A stretch of 64,000 nucleotides of DNA from an uncultured Acidobacteriota bacterium (GCA_963777605.1 CAVZRV010000008.1:256001-320000), one strand, 5' to 3'; shown: positions 20,046 to 31,820, numbered from the stretch's first letter. The notes: generated by a model not told the origin, from the sequence alone. A program made the numbers and translations.

Positions 20046-21172
20046 TTGCCGGTCTCCATTTCAGCCTGTCGAGCCCTGGCCGCCGGGATCGAAACGCGAA
20101 CCGTCAAGCCAAGCGTCGAAGAAGAGTCGAGTTCCATGCTCATCTCTTCGCCGTAGAGATTTCTCAACCGTTCAAGGGTGTTCCTCAGCCCAACTCCCTT
20201 CTCAGCCGCGGCATCGAGTCCCCCGGGGAACCCGGGACCGTTGTCGCCAACTTCAATCTGGAGAGCGTTCCCGACGAACCTGGCGGTAACCGTCACGCTT
20301 AGCAGTTCCACGTCTCCCAGAGAACCATGCTTGACTGCGTTTTCCACCAACGGCTGAAGGAGAAATACAGGGACGGGGACGCCTGTTGCATCCGAATCGA
20401 CATCGAGTTGAAAGCTCAGACGGTTTTGAAACCGGCACGACATGATCTCCAGGTAGGCCTCGACGAACTCGATCTCCTGTGCCAACGGTATTTTTTGCCG
20501 TTCGGCCTGGTCCAGGCTGTAACGCAAGAGGCGACTGAGTCGGGCGATCATCCGATCCGCCGAGTCGACGTCCTCGTACATCAGCGAGGAAATCATGTTG
20601 AGCGTGTTGAACAAGAAGTGAGGTTGCAGCTGTCCGCGCAGCGCATCCAGGCGGGACTCGACCAGGCTGGACTGAAGATGGGCGGCCCGCAACTCAAGTG
20701 CCGCCGCTTTCTTTTCCTCTTCCTGTTTTTCGAGGTAGATCCAGATGAAGTGAACCGCGATGACGATCCCGAAATAGGCCAGGAACTGTTTTTGGTACTC
20801 CATCCAGAAGCGCAGGAAAGGATCTCCCATCTGGTAGGCGCCCAGCCCCAGGGCAGGGTAGAGGATAATCCGCGATCCCGTCATGATCAGCGTGTGACTG
20901 ACGCCGAAAACGGCGCTGGCCCCCAGGTGGACGGGGACGGCCCAAAACCAGTTTTCTCGCCGAACCGGGAAATGTCCAATGAATGGCAACACCAGCGGCA
21001 GGAGCAAGAAGACGCCGTAGGAGCCAGTGAACTCGTTGACTAGAAGCGCCTGATACGGGGTAGGGTCCCCCTCGAGCAACTTCTTCGCCAGGAACGTGGA
21101 TGAGCTCAGAAGCCCCATGAAGGTGCAGAAGGCGAACAATGCCAACCACTTCTTCCAAGGTCCCACTTGCAT
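20042..21172 (-). CDS. LytS/YehU-family sensor histidine kinase
   Basis: QLQPHFLFNTLN, LLQPLVENAVKHG, DNGPG, GVGLRN; four N-terminal TM helices. Confidence 0.95.
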   Translation of the reverse strand: MQVGPWKKWLALFAFCTFMGLLSSSTFLAKKLLEGDPTPYQALLVNEFTGSYGVFLLLPLVLPFIGHFPVRRENWFWAVPVHLGASAVFGVSHTLIMTGSRIILYPALGLGAYQMGDPFLRFWMEYQKQFLAYFGIVIAVHFIWIYLEKQEEEKKAAALELRAAHLQSSLVESRLDALRGQLQPHFLFNTLNMISSLMYEDVDSADRMIARLSRLLRYSLDQAERQKIPLAQEIEFVEAYLEIMSCRFQNRLSFQLDVDSDATGVPVPVFLLQPLVENAVKHGSLGDVELLSVTVTARFVGNALQIEVGDNGPGFPGGLDAAAEKGVGLRNTLERLRNLYGEEMSMELDSSSTLGLTVRVSIPAARARQAEMETGK

Positions 21173-21271
21173 CGCCCCCGGTCCATTCCGGCGGAATGTG
21201 TTTCCCGCCTGATCATCTACATCCTAGTATCCCATCACACATCATGTGACGGAACACCAGAATCGTCGTGG

Positions 21272-22471
21272 TTAAACCGAATCCCCTGAAACGGGCTGAC
21301 GGAGCCCTTTTACCCATTTCAGTGGCAGAGGAATCGGGCGCGCCAACTTCAGCCCGAAGGCAGGACGGAGGAGATTCATTCTTCGGATCGGAAACTCGTA
21401 GAGCAGCCAGCTTCCAAGAAAAGTGATCAGGGCCAGCAAGAGGAACTTGACAGTAATCCCGGCATTCCAGCCCGCCAGGTAGTAGCCGGCAACCACGGTG
21501 ATTGTCTGGTGCAGGATGTAGAAGGGATAAACCGCCCCGGTGGCATAGCTCAGAAGGCGACTCGAGAACCTCAGATAGCGATATCCGAAACCCAGAATTG
21601 AGACGATCCAGAACCAGAGATTCGAGCTCTGCAGCAGCCGGTAGAGGACGTCGCCACCGACGGGGACCTTGAGTCCACCGTACCAGCAGAGGTAGAGGAG
21701 AGTCGTCGTTCCTGTCGCCAGCAGGAGGGATCGCATTCGATTGCGTTCCAGGACCGGCCAGACGCAATCGGAAGACGCAAAACAGAAGCCCAGTGTGAAG
21801 ATGATCAGCGTGGTCGTGAATTGGGCCCAATCGCCGAACAGATTGTTCCGGTTCTCAGGCCAGAAAGGCCGGAGAGTGAGCTCGCTCAGGGCCAGCGGAG
21901 CGGAGCCCAGCAGCAGGAGAGGGTAACTGGCGAAACGATCCATTACCCGCTTCAAGAGAGCCCGGCCCTTCTCAGTCTTGAACCATGCGAACGGCAACAG
22001 CATGAGAAGGGAAAAAGTGAAGATGTAGGGAATGTACCAGAGGTGATGCCAGCTGAAGTTCCCTTCCGGGTACGGCCGGAAGTCCAGGATCGTCGTGTAA
22101 AACTCCGTGAATCCGCTGAAATGCCTCCCCTGAAAGAGTCTTTCGAAGTAGACCTGGGGTGGAATGACGACAAACATCCCGAAGACCAGGGGAAGCAAGA
22201 GGCGTTTGATCCGTTCCCACGCGAATCTCCGCGGGGCGTACTTCTCCATCGCAAACCAGACCGCAGCTCCCGAGATAAAGAACAGCAGCGGCATTCTCCA
22301 CTGGTGCAAGAAGATCATGACGTACTCGAAAGCCGCGCTCCTTTGCGGGTTCTTCACGTGCCAGTCCCAGTTGTTGAACATCATCCCGGTGTGAAAGAGG
22401 ATCAGGAGTGCGAAGGCGAGCACTCGCAACCAGTCCAGGTCGAAGCGCCTCTGGTAATTCTTTCTTGCCAT
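21272..22471 (-). CDS. Acyltransferase family 3 (OpgC/MdoC-like) membrane protein
   Basis: RRFDLDWLRV, WRMPLLFFISG, RLLLPLVFG, HHLWYI, AVYPFYILHQ. Confidence 0.9.
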   Translation of the reverse strand: MARKNYQRRFDLDWLRVLAFALLILFHTGMMFNNWDWHVKNPQRSAAFEYVMIFLHQWRMPLLFFISGAAVWFAMEKYAPRRFAWERIKRLLLPLVFGMFVVIPPQVYFERLFQGRHFSGFTEFYTTILDFRPYPEGNFSWHHLWYIPYIFTFSLLMLLPFAWFKTEKGRALLKRVMDRFASYPLLLLGSAPLALSELTLRPFWPENRNNLFGDWAQFTTTLIIFTLGFCFASSDCVWPVLERNRMRSLLLATGTTTLLYLCWYGGLKVPVGGDVLYRLLQSSNLWFWIVSILGFGYRYLRFSSRLLSYATGAVYPFYILHQTITVVAGYYLAGWNAGITVKFLLLALITFLGSWLLYEFPIRRMNLLRPAFGLKLARPIPLPLKWVKGLRQPVSGDSV

Positions 22472-22563
22472 GGTTCGATTCCTTTTCGGATCGGCGACAA
22501 ACGAATTTCAATCGGTTCCAGGATTCACCCTATTGGCCCGGAGTCGTCGCTGCCAACCGCATT

Positions 22564-22595
22564 GTCGCGAGCTGCGGCTTGGCGTCGCGAACTGC
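22564..22595 (-). promoter_or_regulatory. Candidate LytTR binding direct repeat upstream of the acyltransferase
   Basis: gtcgcgagctgc (22564-22575) and gtcgcgaactgc (22584-22595), 20-bp period; minus strand GCAG(T/C)TCG resembles LytTR half-sites. Confidence 0.5.
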
Positions 22596-22719
22596 ACGGG
22601 GAGGGCCGGATTCCATTCCATCTCCGGGCCTGGTGCCTGCAAGTGGAAGCCGATCGAGGGGAGGTGATGCCGGGAAAGCGTCAGGCTGTCATAATGGTGA
22701 ACTTCGAAAGAGTGTTGCA

Positions 22720-24315
22720 ATGATCGACCAGTTCATCAGCCACCCGGTGGCGCTCCTATTCGTGATCATTGCCCTGGGTTCGGCACTGGGGAACCTGCGG
22801 GTTGCCCGCATTTCTCTCGGCTCATCGGGAGTGCTCTTTGTCGGCCTCCTTTTTGGTCATCTCGGCGTGAAGCTCCCGTCAACAGTGCAGGACCTCGGGA
22901 TCATTCTCTTCGTGTACGCCATCGGGCTTCAGGCCGGGCCCAGGTTTTTCAACCAGTTCCGGCACCGGGGCATCATCTTTGCAAAGATCGGCGTGATCGT
23001 TGTCCTGGGCGGAGCTCTCATTACCTGGGCGACCACCTGGATCATGGGACTCGACCCGGCCCTGGCGGTGGGGATGTTCGCCGGTGCCTTGACGAGCACC
23101 CCCGGGTTGGCCGCCGCCATGGACGCCGCCGGTGATCCTCGGGTCAGCGTGGGATTTGGAGTGGCCTACCCGTTCGGCGTGATCGGGGTCGTGCTCCTGG
23201 TCCAGCTCCTGCCAAGGCTTCTCGGGGTCAACATCCCAACCGAGGAGCAACGATTGAGCCAGGCTGAGCTCGCCTCCAAAACACTACAGAGAAGACAGTT
23301 CAAGGTCAGCAACCCGGCTTGTATAGGAAAGTCCCTGGCGGAACTGCGGTTCCACCGGTTGAGCGAAGTCAATATCACCCGGCTTTCCCGGGCGGGACAG
23401 GTGAGCCCGGTCCGTCAGAACGAGATCCTCCAGCAGAATGATGTCGTCGTTGCCGTGGGCAGGCCGGACGAACTTCAAAAGCTCGAAATCCTGTTCGGGG
23501 AGGAGATTCAGGGAGAGGAGATCTTTGAAACGACCGACGTGGTTTCCAGGGATGCCATGGTCTCGACTGACTCAATGGTGGGGAAGTCCCTGAAAGACCT
23601 GGATGTCGTCAAATCGTACGGCGTGGTGGTCAGTCGGGTGTTCCGGGAGGAACTTGACTTCATTCCCACCGGCAGCTACACGTTGGAACTCGGGGACCTG
23701 ATCCGCGTCGTGGGCGCCAGGGAGGATTGTGAACGTTTTGTCCAGGCCGTCGGGGAAAAGGAGAAGCGGATATACGAAACCAGTATCTCGGCCCTCTCGA
23801 TCGGGATCTTTCTCGGAGTCCTGCTGGCCTACCAGGAATTCTCACTCCCCGGCGGAGCCACGTTTCGCCTCGGGCTGGCCGGGGGACCACTGTTCGTCAG
23901 CCTGGTCCTGGCACATTTCGGGCGTATCGGCCGTCTCAACATCCGGACCCCACGTCCGGCCAAGTACATCCTTCAGCAACTGGGCCTCGTACTCTTCCTG
24001 GCGGGTGCCGGAACCGCGGCAGGAGGATCGATCGGCACGGTCATCGCCGATTCCGGAGTTTCTCTACTGGTCGCCGGGGCGATGGTGACGGTTTTTTCCT
24101 CCATGCTGGGCTTCGTGGTCAGCCGTTACGTGTTCAAGCAGGATTTTCTCACCGTCCTGGGATCAATCTGTGGAGCAATGACCAGCACGCCCGCCCTCGG
24201 AGCGATCAGCGACCTGAGCAGCCGGAGCGAGCCAGTGCTTGCCTACACTGGTGTCTACCCGGTTGCGCTGATTGTGATCACCGTGGTCTGCCAGCTCCTC
24301 TACTTCTTGATTTGA
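22720..24315 (+). CDS. Aspartate:alanine exchanger (AspT/YidE/YbjL) family transporter with two TrkA-C domains
   Basis: GVLFVGL, LFVYAIGLQAGPRFF, GALTSTPGLAAA, YPFGVIG, GLAGGPL, GAMTSTPAL, YTGVYP. Confidence 0.92.
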   Translation: MIDQFISHPVALLFVIIALGSALGNLRVARISLGSSGVLFVGLLFGHLGVKLPSTVQDLGIILFVYAIGLQAGPRFFNQFRHRGIIFAKIGVIVVLGGALITWATTWIMGLDPALAVGMFAGALTSTPGLAAAMDAAGDPRVSVGFGVAYPFGVIGVVLLVQLLPRLLGVNIPTEEQRLSQAELASKTLQRRQFKVSNPACIGKSLAELRFHRLSEVNITRLSRAGQVSPVRQNEILQQNDVVVAVGRPDELQKLEILFGEEIQGEEIFETTDVVSRDAMVSTDSMVGKSLKDLDVVKSYGVVVSRVFREELDFIPTGSYTLELGDLIRVVGAREDCERFVQAVGEKEKRIYETSISALSIGIFLGVLLAYQEFSLPGGATFRLGLAGGPLFVSLVLAHFGRIGRLNIRTPRPAKYILQQLGLVLFLAGAGTAAGGSIGTVIADSGVSLLVAGAMVTVFSSMLGFVVSRYVFKQDFLTVLGSICGAMTSTPALGAISDLSSRSEPVLAYTGVYPVALIVITVVCQLLYFLI

Positions 24316-24323
24316 GGCAGTAT

Positions 24324-25778
24324 ATGCGCTTTGCTGACGAGTACATTGAGAACGTTCTCCAACAGAACTTCCAGGATTTTCGAGATCTCTTTTTCGAACA
24401 CCTGCTCGACATCCACTATGCCCATCTGGTCATGCTCCGCGAGGCCGGTATCGTGTCGGCGGAGACCGCGCGGCGCCTCGTGGAAGCTCTCGACTCGATC
24501 GATTCCGACCTCCTTGACGACGTCGAGTTTGACGGGTCCTTCGAGGACGCCTTCTGTTTTGTGGAAGAACAACTGGCTCGAATCGCCGGACCAGACACGG
24601 CCGGGCGACTCCACACGGCTCGAAGCCGCAATGACATCGACGTGACTCTTTACCGGCTGCGTTGGCGGCAGGACTTTGCCGCAGTGCAGGCATCGGTCCT
24701 CGATCTCCGCTCGGCTCTACTCGAACTCAGCGTGCGCGAACTCGAGACCATCCTCCCGCTCCACACTCACACTCAACCGGCCCAGCCGTCGACGGTAGCC
24801 CATTACTTTCATGCCGTCATCGAGCACCTCGAGCGGGACAATCAGCGCTTTCGCAACGCACTTCTTACGCTCAATCGAAACCCCCTCGGATCCTGCGCCA
24901 TCACGGGAACCGGTTTCCCGATCGATCGGGACCGAACCAGCGATCTGCTCTCATTCGACGGTCCAGCCGGAAACACCTATGCCGGAATCGTTGCCGCCGA
25001 CTACCTGCTGGAGGGGATCTCCGCGGCTGCGGTACTGTTGTCGATGCTGGGGAGATTCACCCAGGACATGCTGCAGTGGTCGATGCGCGAATTCGGTGTT
25101 CTGCATCTGGGCGACGGATATGTTCAGCCGAGCAGCATCATGCCGCAGAAACGGAATCCCGTTTCTCTGGAGCACTCGCGTGCGTTGATCAGCCGGGCTC
25201 TGGGGCAGGCGCAGGCAGTCTTTCAGGTCCTCCACAACACTCCATTCGGCGACATTGTGGACGTTGAAGACGACCTCCAGCCGCTCGTTTTCAGGACGCT
25301 TCAGGATACCTTGCGCCCCCTGAGATTGCTGGCAGCCGCACTCTCCACCGCGTCTTTTGACCGCGCCCTGCTCGAAAAGCGGGCCGCTGAGGGGTGGATC
25401 ACCATCACCGACCTGGCCGATGCTCTGGTGACGCGGGAAAACATGGCGTTCCGGACGGCGCATCAGTTGTCCCGCATGGTAATTCAGTCTGTCGAGACGG
25501 GAACCGCATCGTCGCCCGAGGAAGCCCTCGCCGCCGCAAGCAGGGAGTTGATCGGTCGGGAGATCCAGATCACGGCGAGTGAAATCTCCGAGTTGCTCAG
25601 CCCGCGCGCCTTCGTGAACCGGAGGAGGACGGTCGGCGGACCCAGCCCTGCGATCCTCGGCCAGGCTCTCGAAGAATCCCGGAAGATGCTGGAACGGGAC
25701 CGATCGGAATTGGAATCCTTCCTGGGGCGCCTGAAGTCTTACCGCTCCCGGCTCAGGCAAACGGCCAGGAGTCTCTGA
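24324..25778 (+). CDS. argH: Argininosuccinate lyase-like C-N lyase (fumarase/aspartase superfamily)
   Basis: LHTARSRND, THTQPAQP, PLGSCAITGTGFPIDR, SSIMPQKRNP; lacks the canonical YNKDLQEDK segment. Confidence 0.8.
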   Translation: MRFADEYIENVLQQNFQDFRDLFFEHLLDIHYAHLVMLREAGIVSAETARRLVEALDSIDSDLLDDVEFDGSFEDAFCFVEEQLARIAGPDTAGRLHTARSRNDIDVTLYRLRWRQDFAAVQASVLDLRSALLELSVRELETILPLHTHTQPAQPSTVAHYFHAVIEHLERDNQRFRNALLTLNRNPLGSCAITGTGFPIDRDRTSDLLSFDGPAGNTYAGIVAADYLLEGISAAAVLLSMLGRFTQDMLQWSMREFGVLHLGDGYVQPSSIMPQKRNPVSLEHSRALISRALGQAQAVFQVLHNTPFGDIVDVEDDLQPLVFRTLQDTLRPLRLLAAALSTASFDRALLEKRAAEGWITITDLADALVTRENMAFRTAHQLSRMVIQSVETGTASSPEEALAAASRELIGREIQITASEISELLSPRAFVNRRRTVGGPSPAILGQALEESRKMLERDRSELESFLGRLKSYRSRLRQTARSL

Positions 25779-25862
25779 CCGGCGTCGACTCGAACGCCCG
25801 GTCGTTTGTAAAAGAGTCTGCCGATCGCTGGTTCAAACCGCGGCACCGAAACTCGGTTGATC

Positions 25863-26606
25863 CTATTTCAGAATGGAGTCGAGGAGACTTTTCGCTTTTT
25901 CCGCGGCACCGTTGCCAAGCTTCCGCTTGATCAATTCCTCGGCTCCGCGGCGGGCCGCCAGCCGGGCGGCAGAGTTGACGAACTCCCTCAAAACCTGGGC
26001 TCCGATCTCGCTCGGGGTGCCACCGTTTGCTCCCCCAACATTGGAGAGGTTGATCGCCGGCAGTTCCTCCTCGAGCGGTTCCTTCAGCTGGGGAGCCGTG
26101 ATCTTCATTTGGCCGGCCTCGAAGACGAACCGATCGATCTTGAGTCGCTGGGCTTCACCCCGCGGCTCCTCGGGACCCTGGGAGGAAGGCTCTCCTTCTT
26201 GCTTCTTGAGGTTGTCCACGATGACGTCCAGGTTTCCCTTGCCTTCAGCGTTTTTCTCGTAGCTCACCCGCGGGGAGATGACCAGGAGCTCTTTGAGGAC
26301 GATCGGATTTGCGGCGATGCTTCCGAGGTCAACTACAAACGTTATCTCGTCGAGTTCAAAGGCGTTGCCGCTGGAGAATCCGGGCGGGTTGGCAACCGTC
26401 AGTCCCCGGATCGTTCCCTTTCCGTCTCCCAGCGACAACTCGACGGAATCCAGGGAAACTCGGGTTCCAGTGACTTCCGACCCGTAGCGCCCAATGGCAA
26501 CTTTTACGAGGGCATCCAGATTCGAGCGCAGCAGAAGGACCACTCCCACCACGCAGATCACCAGGACAATTCCCACTCCAATGACAATCTTGGTCTTGGT
26601 CGACAT
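25863..26606 (-). CDS. AsmA-like membrane-anchored protein
   Basis: N-terminal TM anchor, then GSEVTGTRVSL..V.L, GLTVANPPGFS; typical AsmA N-terminal pattern. Confidence 0.65.
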   Translation of the reverse strand: MSTKTKIVIGVGIVLVICVVGVVLLLRSNLDALVKVAIGRYGSEVTGTRVSLDSVELSLGDGKGTIRGLTVANPPGFSSGNAFELDEITFVVDLGSIAANPIVLKELLVISPRVSYEKNAEGKGNLDVIVDNLKKQEGEPSSQGPEEPRGEAQRLKIDRFVFEAGQMKITAPQLKEPLEEELPAINLSNVGGANGGTPSEIGAQVLREFVNSAARLAARRGAEELIKRKLGNGAAEKAKSLLDSILK

Positions 26607-26753
26607 GATTTCTTCCCCCAAGTCCGGATTCAAATAGTGGCCGGCTGACGCGCTTTGCCTGGGATGATATGTCTTTGCGTTGAGGCGGGGCAAGCCGCCG
26701 GGTTTCATTACGCTGGCGATCCTCTACAATAGCTTTCGGCAAGGAGGAGTGTC

Positions 26754-28313
26754 ATGCGGGAACGTCTAATTTTCATCGTAGTTTTGCTGCTTTCATTCAG
26801 CTCGGGCCTGGCCTTCACCCCGGGTCCAGGCGAAATCAAGGTGTTGATCATCGACGGGCAGAACAATCACCAGTGGCAGGTGACGACACCGGTAATCAAG
26901 GACATCCTGGAGAATACCGGCAGGTTCGTGGTCAACATCATGACTACTCCTTCGGCCGGTGTCGCCACTTCCAATTTCAACCCGGATTTCGATTCCTATG
27001 ACGTGGTGCTGAGCAACTACAACGGGGAGGCTTGGCCGGCAGGCATCCGGGAGGCATTCGAACGATTTGTTCGAAACGGAGGTGGGTTCGTTGTCTATCA
27101 TGCAGCCGACAATTCCTTCCCGGACTGGCCCGAATACAACCGGATGATCGGACTCGGCGGGTGGGGCGGCCGAAACGAGAAAGACGGCCCCTACATTCGT
27201 TGGCGGGACGGGAAAGTGGTCCGGGACAACTCTCCAGGGCCGGGCGGTTCCCACGGGCAGCGTCACGAGTACGTCATTGAAAACCGGGATCCCGGGCATC
27301 CGATCATGAATGGCCTCCCGGCCAAATGGCTCCACTCCCGTGACGAACTTTACGATCGCCTGAGGGGACCGGCCGAAAATCTCGAGGTCCTCGCCACGGC
27401 GTACTCGGACCCGGACACGGGAGGCACGGGTCAGGAAGAACCCATTCTCATGACGATTCGGTACGGGAAGGGACGAGTTTTTCACACCGTCCTGGGCGAC
27501 AACATCCTTCCGCTGGCCAACGTCGGCTTTCAGGCAACCCTGGCTCGAGGGACCGAATGGGCGGCGACCGGCCGAGTTACTATCCCGGTGCCAAGGCAGT
27601 TTCCGAATGCCACCAGGATCGTCAACCGTGACGCCGCGACGCCCTACCTGCGGGATGCCGTCGATTGGAGACCGCTTTTCAACGGGAAAGATCTGACCGG
27701 CTGGAAGCAGGTCAACGGAACTGCACAATACAAGGTGATCGGGGAAGAAGGTGTCCTCGTGGGGACGACCGCCAAAGGAAGCCCGAACTCGTTTCTTGCC
27801 ACCGAGCACGAGTTTGGGGACTTTGAACTGCGGTTCGAAGTGAAGCTGGACAACCCTGAGTTGAATTCAGGAATCCAGCTGCGCAGTCACCAGTACGACT
27901 CGGAGCGTGAGGTCAACGCTGGTGGCCAGAAGTTCCGCGTGCCCAAGGGACGGGTATACGGGTATCAGGTCGAGATCGAAGCGGCGGCCGACCCCCGTTA
28001 CCCTGACGCCGATTTTGGGGATGCCGGATGGATCTACGACGAAGCCCGGCGCGGCTGGCTCTTCGACGACGCCCAGCGAAGCGACACTCTCAAGCGATCT
28101 GCCTTCATCAACGATCACTGGAACCAGTACTTCATTCGATGCCTTGGGGGCCGAATTGAGACCTGGATTAACGGAATCAAGATCGCCAATCTCAACGACG
28201 ACATGGACCGGCGCGGTCGAATCATGCTGCAGGTGCACATGGTCCCGGACGACCAGGGGCCCTGGAGTGTTCGGTGGCGCAACATCCAGATTCGGGAACT
28301 GGACTCGGAGTAG
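26754..28313 (+). CDS. Secreted ThuA-like plus DUF1080 (3-keto-disaccharide hydrolase) two-domain protein
   Basis: Signal peptide; [31 protein letters not shown]; then [32 protein letters not shown]. Confidence 0.88.
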   Translation: MRERLIFIVVLLLSFSSGLAFTPGPGEIKVLIIDGQNNHQWQVTTPVIKDILENTGRFVVNIMTTPSAGVATSNFNPDFDSYDVVLSNYNGEAWPAGIREAFERFVRNGGGFVVYHAADNSFPDWPEYNRMIGLGGWGGRNEKDGPYIRWRDGKVVRDNSPGPGGSHGQRHEYVIENRDPGHPIMNGLPAKWLHSRDELYDRLRGPAENLEVLATAYSDPDTGGTGQEEPILMTIRYGKGRVFHTVLGDNILPLANVGFQATLARGTEWAATGRVTIPVPRQFPNATRIVNRDAATPYLRDAVDWRPLFNGKDLTGWKQVNGTAQYKVIGEEGVLVGTTAKGSPNSFLATEHEFGDFELRFEVKLDNPELNSGIQLRSHQYDSEREVNAGGQKFRVPKGRVYGYQVEIEAAADPRYPDADFGDAGWIYDEARRGWLFDDAQRSDTLKRSAFINDHWNQYFIRCLGGRIETWINGIKIANLNDDMDRRGRIMLQVHMVPDDQGPWSVRWRNIQIRELDSE

Positions 28314-28326
28314 GAATGTGACCGCT

Positions 28327-30810
28327 ATGGGATCGGAAACGCCTCAAGAGAGACGACCCCTGGGCCAATCGAGGTTCGGGAGTGAGTCCGAGGCTTCCCT
28401 CGGGGTAAGACCGTTGAAATTGTGGTACGAGCGACCGGCAAAACAATGGACCGAAGCGCTCCCGGTCGGCAACGGACGCTTGGGGGTGATGGTCTACGGC
28501 AAGCCGCGGGAAGAGCTTCTTCAACTGAATGAAGATACCCTCTGGTCGGGAGGGCCAAAAGAGTGGAACAACCCTGAATCGCGGAAATGGCTGTCCCGGG
28601 TGCGGGAGGAAATCTTTCGCGGAAACTACCCCGAGGCCGACCGCCTCAGCCGAAACATGCAGGGTCCGTATAACCAGTCCTACCAGCCGTTGGGCGACCT
28701 GACTCTGCGGTTCGATTTCGATGGAGAGTCAGTCGACTACTACCGGGAACTCGACCTCGACAGGGGCGTGGTGCTGACTCGGTTCCGAGTGAACGGGACA
28801 ACCTTTACCCGGGAGGTTTTCGCGAGCTGCCCCGACCAGCTCGTCGTGGTCTCCCTCACCTCGGACCGTCCGGGCTCGATAGGGTTTACTGCCTCGCTTG
28901 CCAGCCCCCTTCACCACCAGGTTTCCGGTGAACCACCGCGAAGGCTGGTCCTTCGCGGCCGCGCGCCGGCCCATGTCGATCCCAACTACCTGGGAAACAC
29001 GAAAGAACCCGTTGTCTACGAACAAGGGCCGAACGGGGAAGGCATGCGCTTTACGGTCGTTCTCCAGGTTTTGAACCAGGGGGGGAGCATCAGCGTTACG
29101 GACTCAGATTTGACCGTTGAGAAGGCTGATCGGGTGGTCCTCCTGATTTCGGCGGGGACGAGTTTCAACGGCTTTCAGAAGTCGCCGGGCCGCGAGGGCA
29201 TCGACCCGGATCGGGCAGCCTTCGGCGGCCTGGAGAAAGCCGCGCCTTCGCCCTACGAACAATTGCTCGAGCGGCACCTTGCTGACTACCGCGCACTCTT
29301 CAGGCGAGTCGAGTTGAAACTGGGCGCATCGAGGGATGACTTGCCGACCGACCGGCGAGTGACTCAGTACGAGCCGTCCGCCGACCCGGGGTTGGTGGAA
29401 CTGATTGTCCAGTACGGCCGCTATCTCCTGATCTCTTCCTCCCGGCCGGGAACGCAGCCCGCGAATCTCCAGGGAATCTGGAATAATCAGATGCGTCCTC
29501 CCTGGTCCAGTAACTGGACCATGAACATCAACAGTGAGATGAACTACTGGCCCGCGGAGACCGCCAATCTTTCGGAGTGTCATCTGCCGATGCTGGATTT
29601 CATCGCCGAACTGGCAGTGAACGGGAGGGAGACCGCCCGGGTCAATTACGGCATGAATGGCTGGGTCGCACATCACAACTCCGACCTCTGGCGACAGTCG
29701 GCTCCGGTCGGCAACTACGGGTCGGGGAGCCCGACCTGGGCGAACTGGGCAATGGCCGGGATCTGGCATTCCATGGACCTCTGGGAACACTTCGTTTTCA
29801 CACAGGACCGCGACTACCTCAGGGCCCGGGCCTATCCGGTGATGAAAGGGGCCGCGGAATTCGCCCTCGACTGGCTGATGCGGGACCAGGTGGGGAACTG
29901 GGTCACCGCGCCGTCGGTTTCGACCGAGAATACCTTCCGGACGGCCGATGGCCAGGTCGCCCAGGTCAGCATGGCCTCGACCCAGGATATCGCTCTGCTC
30001 TGGGACCTCTTCACGAACTGCGTGGAGGCTTCCAGAATTCTGGGAGACGATGAAGCGTTTCGGTCACGCCTTCTGGAAACCCGGGCTCAGTTCCCTTCAT
30101 ACCGAATCGGGGCGCGCGGTCAGTTGCAGGAGTGGTTCAAGGACTTCGACGAGCCGGAACCTCACCATCGTCACTTGTCCCACCTCATTGGAGCGTACCC
30201 GGGCCGGCAGATCACGCCGCGGCGTACGCCGGCGCTGGCCGCCGCGGTCCGGCGATCTCTTGAGCTGCGCGGAGACGAGAGCACCGGCTGGTCGATGGGA
30301 TGGAAGGTCAATCTCTGGGCGCGACTTCATGACGGGGACCGGGCCCTGCGCCTGATCGATTACATGCTGCGCCTTGTCGGCACCAATGAGACCAATTACA
30401 CGGGCGGAGGGGGTGTCTATGCCAACCTTTTCGATGCCCACCCGCCATTCCAGATCGACGGCAACTTCGGTGTGACGGCCGGCGTCATCGAGATGCTCGT
30501 CCAGTCCCACGAGATCGATTCGAACGGCAGGAGTGTGCTGGGACTGCTCCCGGCACTGCCGTCGGCTTGGCCAGAGGGGAGTGTCAAAGGTGTCCGGGCG
30601 CGTGGCGGGTTCGAAGTCAGCCTTGGCTGGGATGACGGCAAACTCTCGCGGGCATCTGTGCGTTCACTGGCAGGCTGCCCCTGCAGCGTCCGGCTGGCTG
30701 ATCGCACCATCGAATTGAACCTTCAAAAGGGCGAGACCGCCCGGCTGGACGGGGCCTTGAATCGGATCGGCTCCGGCCGGGACGGATCCCGCCGGGAGCG
30801 AGACCAATGA
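28327..30810 (+). CDS. GH95 alpha-L-fucosidase family glycoside hydrolase
   Basis: [60 protein letters not shown]. Confidence 0.95.
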   Translation: MGSETPQERRPLGQSRFGSESEASLGVRPLKLWYERPAKQWTEALPVGNGRLGVMVYGKPREELLQLNEDTLWSGGPKEWNNPESRKWLSRVREEIFRGNYPEADRLSRNMQGPYNQSYQPLGDLTLRFDFDGESVDYYRELDLDRGVVLTRFRVNGTTFTREVFASCPDQLVVVSLTSDRPGSIGFTASLASPLHHQVSGEPPRRLVLRGRAPAHVDPNYLGNTKEPVVYEQGPNGEGMRFTVVLQVLNQGGSISVTDSDLTVEKADRVVLLISAGTSFNGFQKSPGREGIDPDRAAFGGLEKAAPSPYEQLLERHLADYRALFRRVELKLGASRDDLPTDRRVTQYEPSADPGLVELIVQYGRYLLISSSRPGTQPANLQGIWNNQMRPPWSSNWTMNINSEMNYWPAETANLSECHLPMLDFIAELAVNGRETARVNYGMNGWVAHHNSDLWRQSAPVGNYGSGSPTWANWAMAGIWHSMDLWEHFVFTQDRDYLRARAYPVMKGAAEFALDWLMRDQVGNWVTAPSVSTENTFRTADGQVAQVSMASTQDIALLWDLFTNCVEASRILGDDEAFRSRLLETRAQFPSYRIGARGQLQEWFKDFDEPEPHHRHLSHLIGAYPGRQITPRRTPALAAAVRRSLELRGDESTGWSMGWKVNLWARLHDGDRALRLIDYMLRLVGTNETNYTGGGGVYANLFDAHPPFQIDGNFGVTAGVIEMLVQSHEIDSNGRSVLGLLPALPSAWPEGSVKGVRARGGFEVSLGWDDGKLSRASVRSLAGCPCSVRLADRTIELNLQKGETARLDGALNRIGSGRDGSRRERDQ

Positions 30811-31820
30811 AAGTCCTTTTTGTCGGAGGAACCGGCAACATATCGGCCGCCTCCAGCCTGCTGGCTTTGGAAAAGGGGATCGAACTTCACCTGCTCAACC
30901 GGGGTTTTCGCAGGCTGGACCTGCCCGGAGCCCGGTGGCACACGGCCGACATCCACGACCCTGAACAGGTCCGAAGTGTGCTCAAGGACCAGTATTACGA
31001 TGCCGTCGTCAACTGGATCGCCTTTGAACCGTCGGACATCCAGCGCGACATCGACCTCTTCCGCGACCGGACCGATCAGTACGTTTTCATCAGCAGCACG
31101 GCCGCCTATCAGAGGCCGCCGAGCCACCCGGTGATCACTGAATCGACTCCGCTCCACAACCCGCGGTGGAAGTACGCCCAGAACAAGATTGCCTGCGAGG
31201 AGCAGCTCAATAACGCCTATCGGGAAGGGCAGATCCCCATGACGATCGTCCGACCATCCCTCACCTACGACACGGTGATCCCCATTCCGATCGGCGGCTG
31301 GGACAACTACACCATCATCGACCGGATGAAGCGGGGGGAAAAGGTGGTTGTTCACGGGGACGGAACCTCGCTCTGGACGATCACTCACTCGGAAGACTTC
31401 GCCAAGGGGTTTGTCGGGCTCCTCGGGCACCAGCAGGCAATTGGGCACGCCTTTCACATCACCTCCGACGAACTGTTGACCTGGAACCAGATTTACCAGG
31501 CCGTCGCCGCGGCGGCCGGAGTGGAGGCGAAAATCGTCCATGTTCCTTCCGACCTGATCGCCCTGATCGACTCCGATCGGGGAGACAGCCTGCTCGGCGA
31601 CAAGTCGCACAGCGTGCTGTTCGACAACAGCAAGATCAAGCGGTTCGTGCCCGAATACAAGGCTACGATTCCCTTCAAAGAGGGAATCCGGAGGACCGTC
31701 AAGTGGTTCGAAGCCGACCCGGCCCGGATGAGGGTTCTTCCCGAGAAGAACGCCCAAATCGATCGCATACTGGCGGTCTATGAGCCATTTTTTGAGAGGG
31801 TCGCCGCGGAAGCAGTCTGA
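30807..31820 (+). CDS. NAD-dependent epimerase/dehydratase (extended SDR)
   Basis: [28 protein letters not shown]; ATGA overlap with the GH95 gene. Confidence 0.9.
   Translation: MKVLFVGGTGNISAASSLLALEKGIELHLLNRGFRRLDLPGARWHTADIHDPEQVRSVLKDQYYDAVVNWIAFEPSDIQRDIDLFRDRTDQYVFISSTAAYQRPPSHPVITESTPLHNPRWKYAQNKIACEEQLNNAYREGQIPMTIVRPSLTYDTVIPIPIGGWDNYTIIDRMKRGEKVVVHGDGTSLWTITHSEDFAKGFVGLLGHQQAIGHAFHITSDELLTWNQIYQAVAAAAGVEAKIVHVPSDLIALIDSDRGDSLLGDKSHSVLFDNSKIKRFVPEYKATIPFKEGIRRTVKWFEADPARMRVLPEKNAQIDRILAVYEPFFERVAAEAV

Noticed and set aside
22472-22482. ggttcgattcc resembling a tRNA T-loop
   Set aside because: No cloverleaf, acceptor stem or CCA; it directly abuts the acyltransferase start codon.
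27907-28326. Upstream extensions given by the ORF track for GH95, emrB (13226), the AspT-family gene (22408) and the enolase (18951)
   Set aside because: They overlap neighbouring genes or regulatory DNA and show no family similarity; downstream starts fit better.
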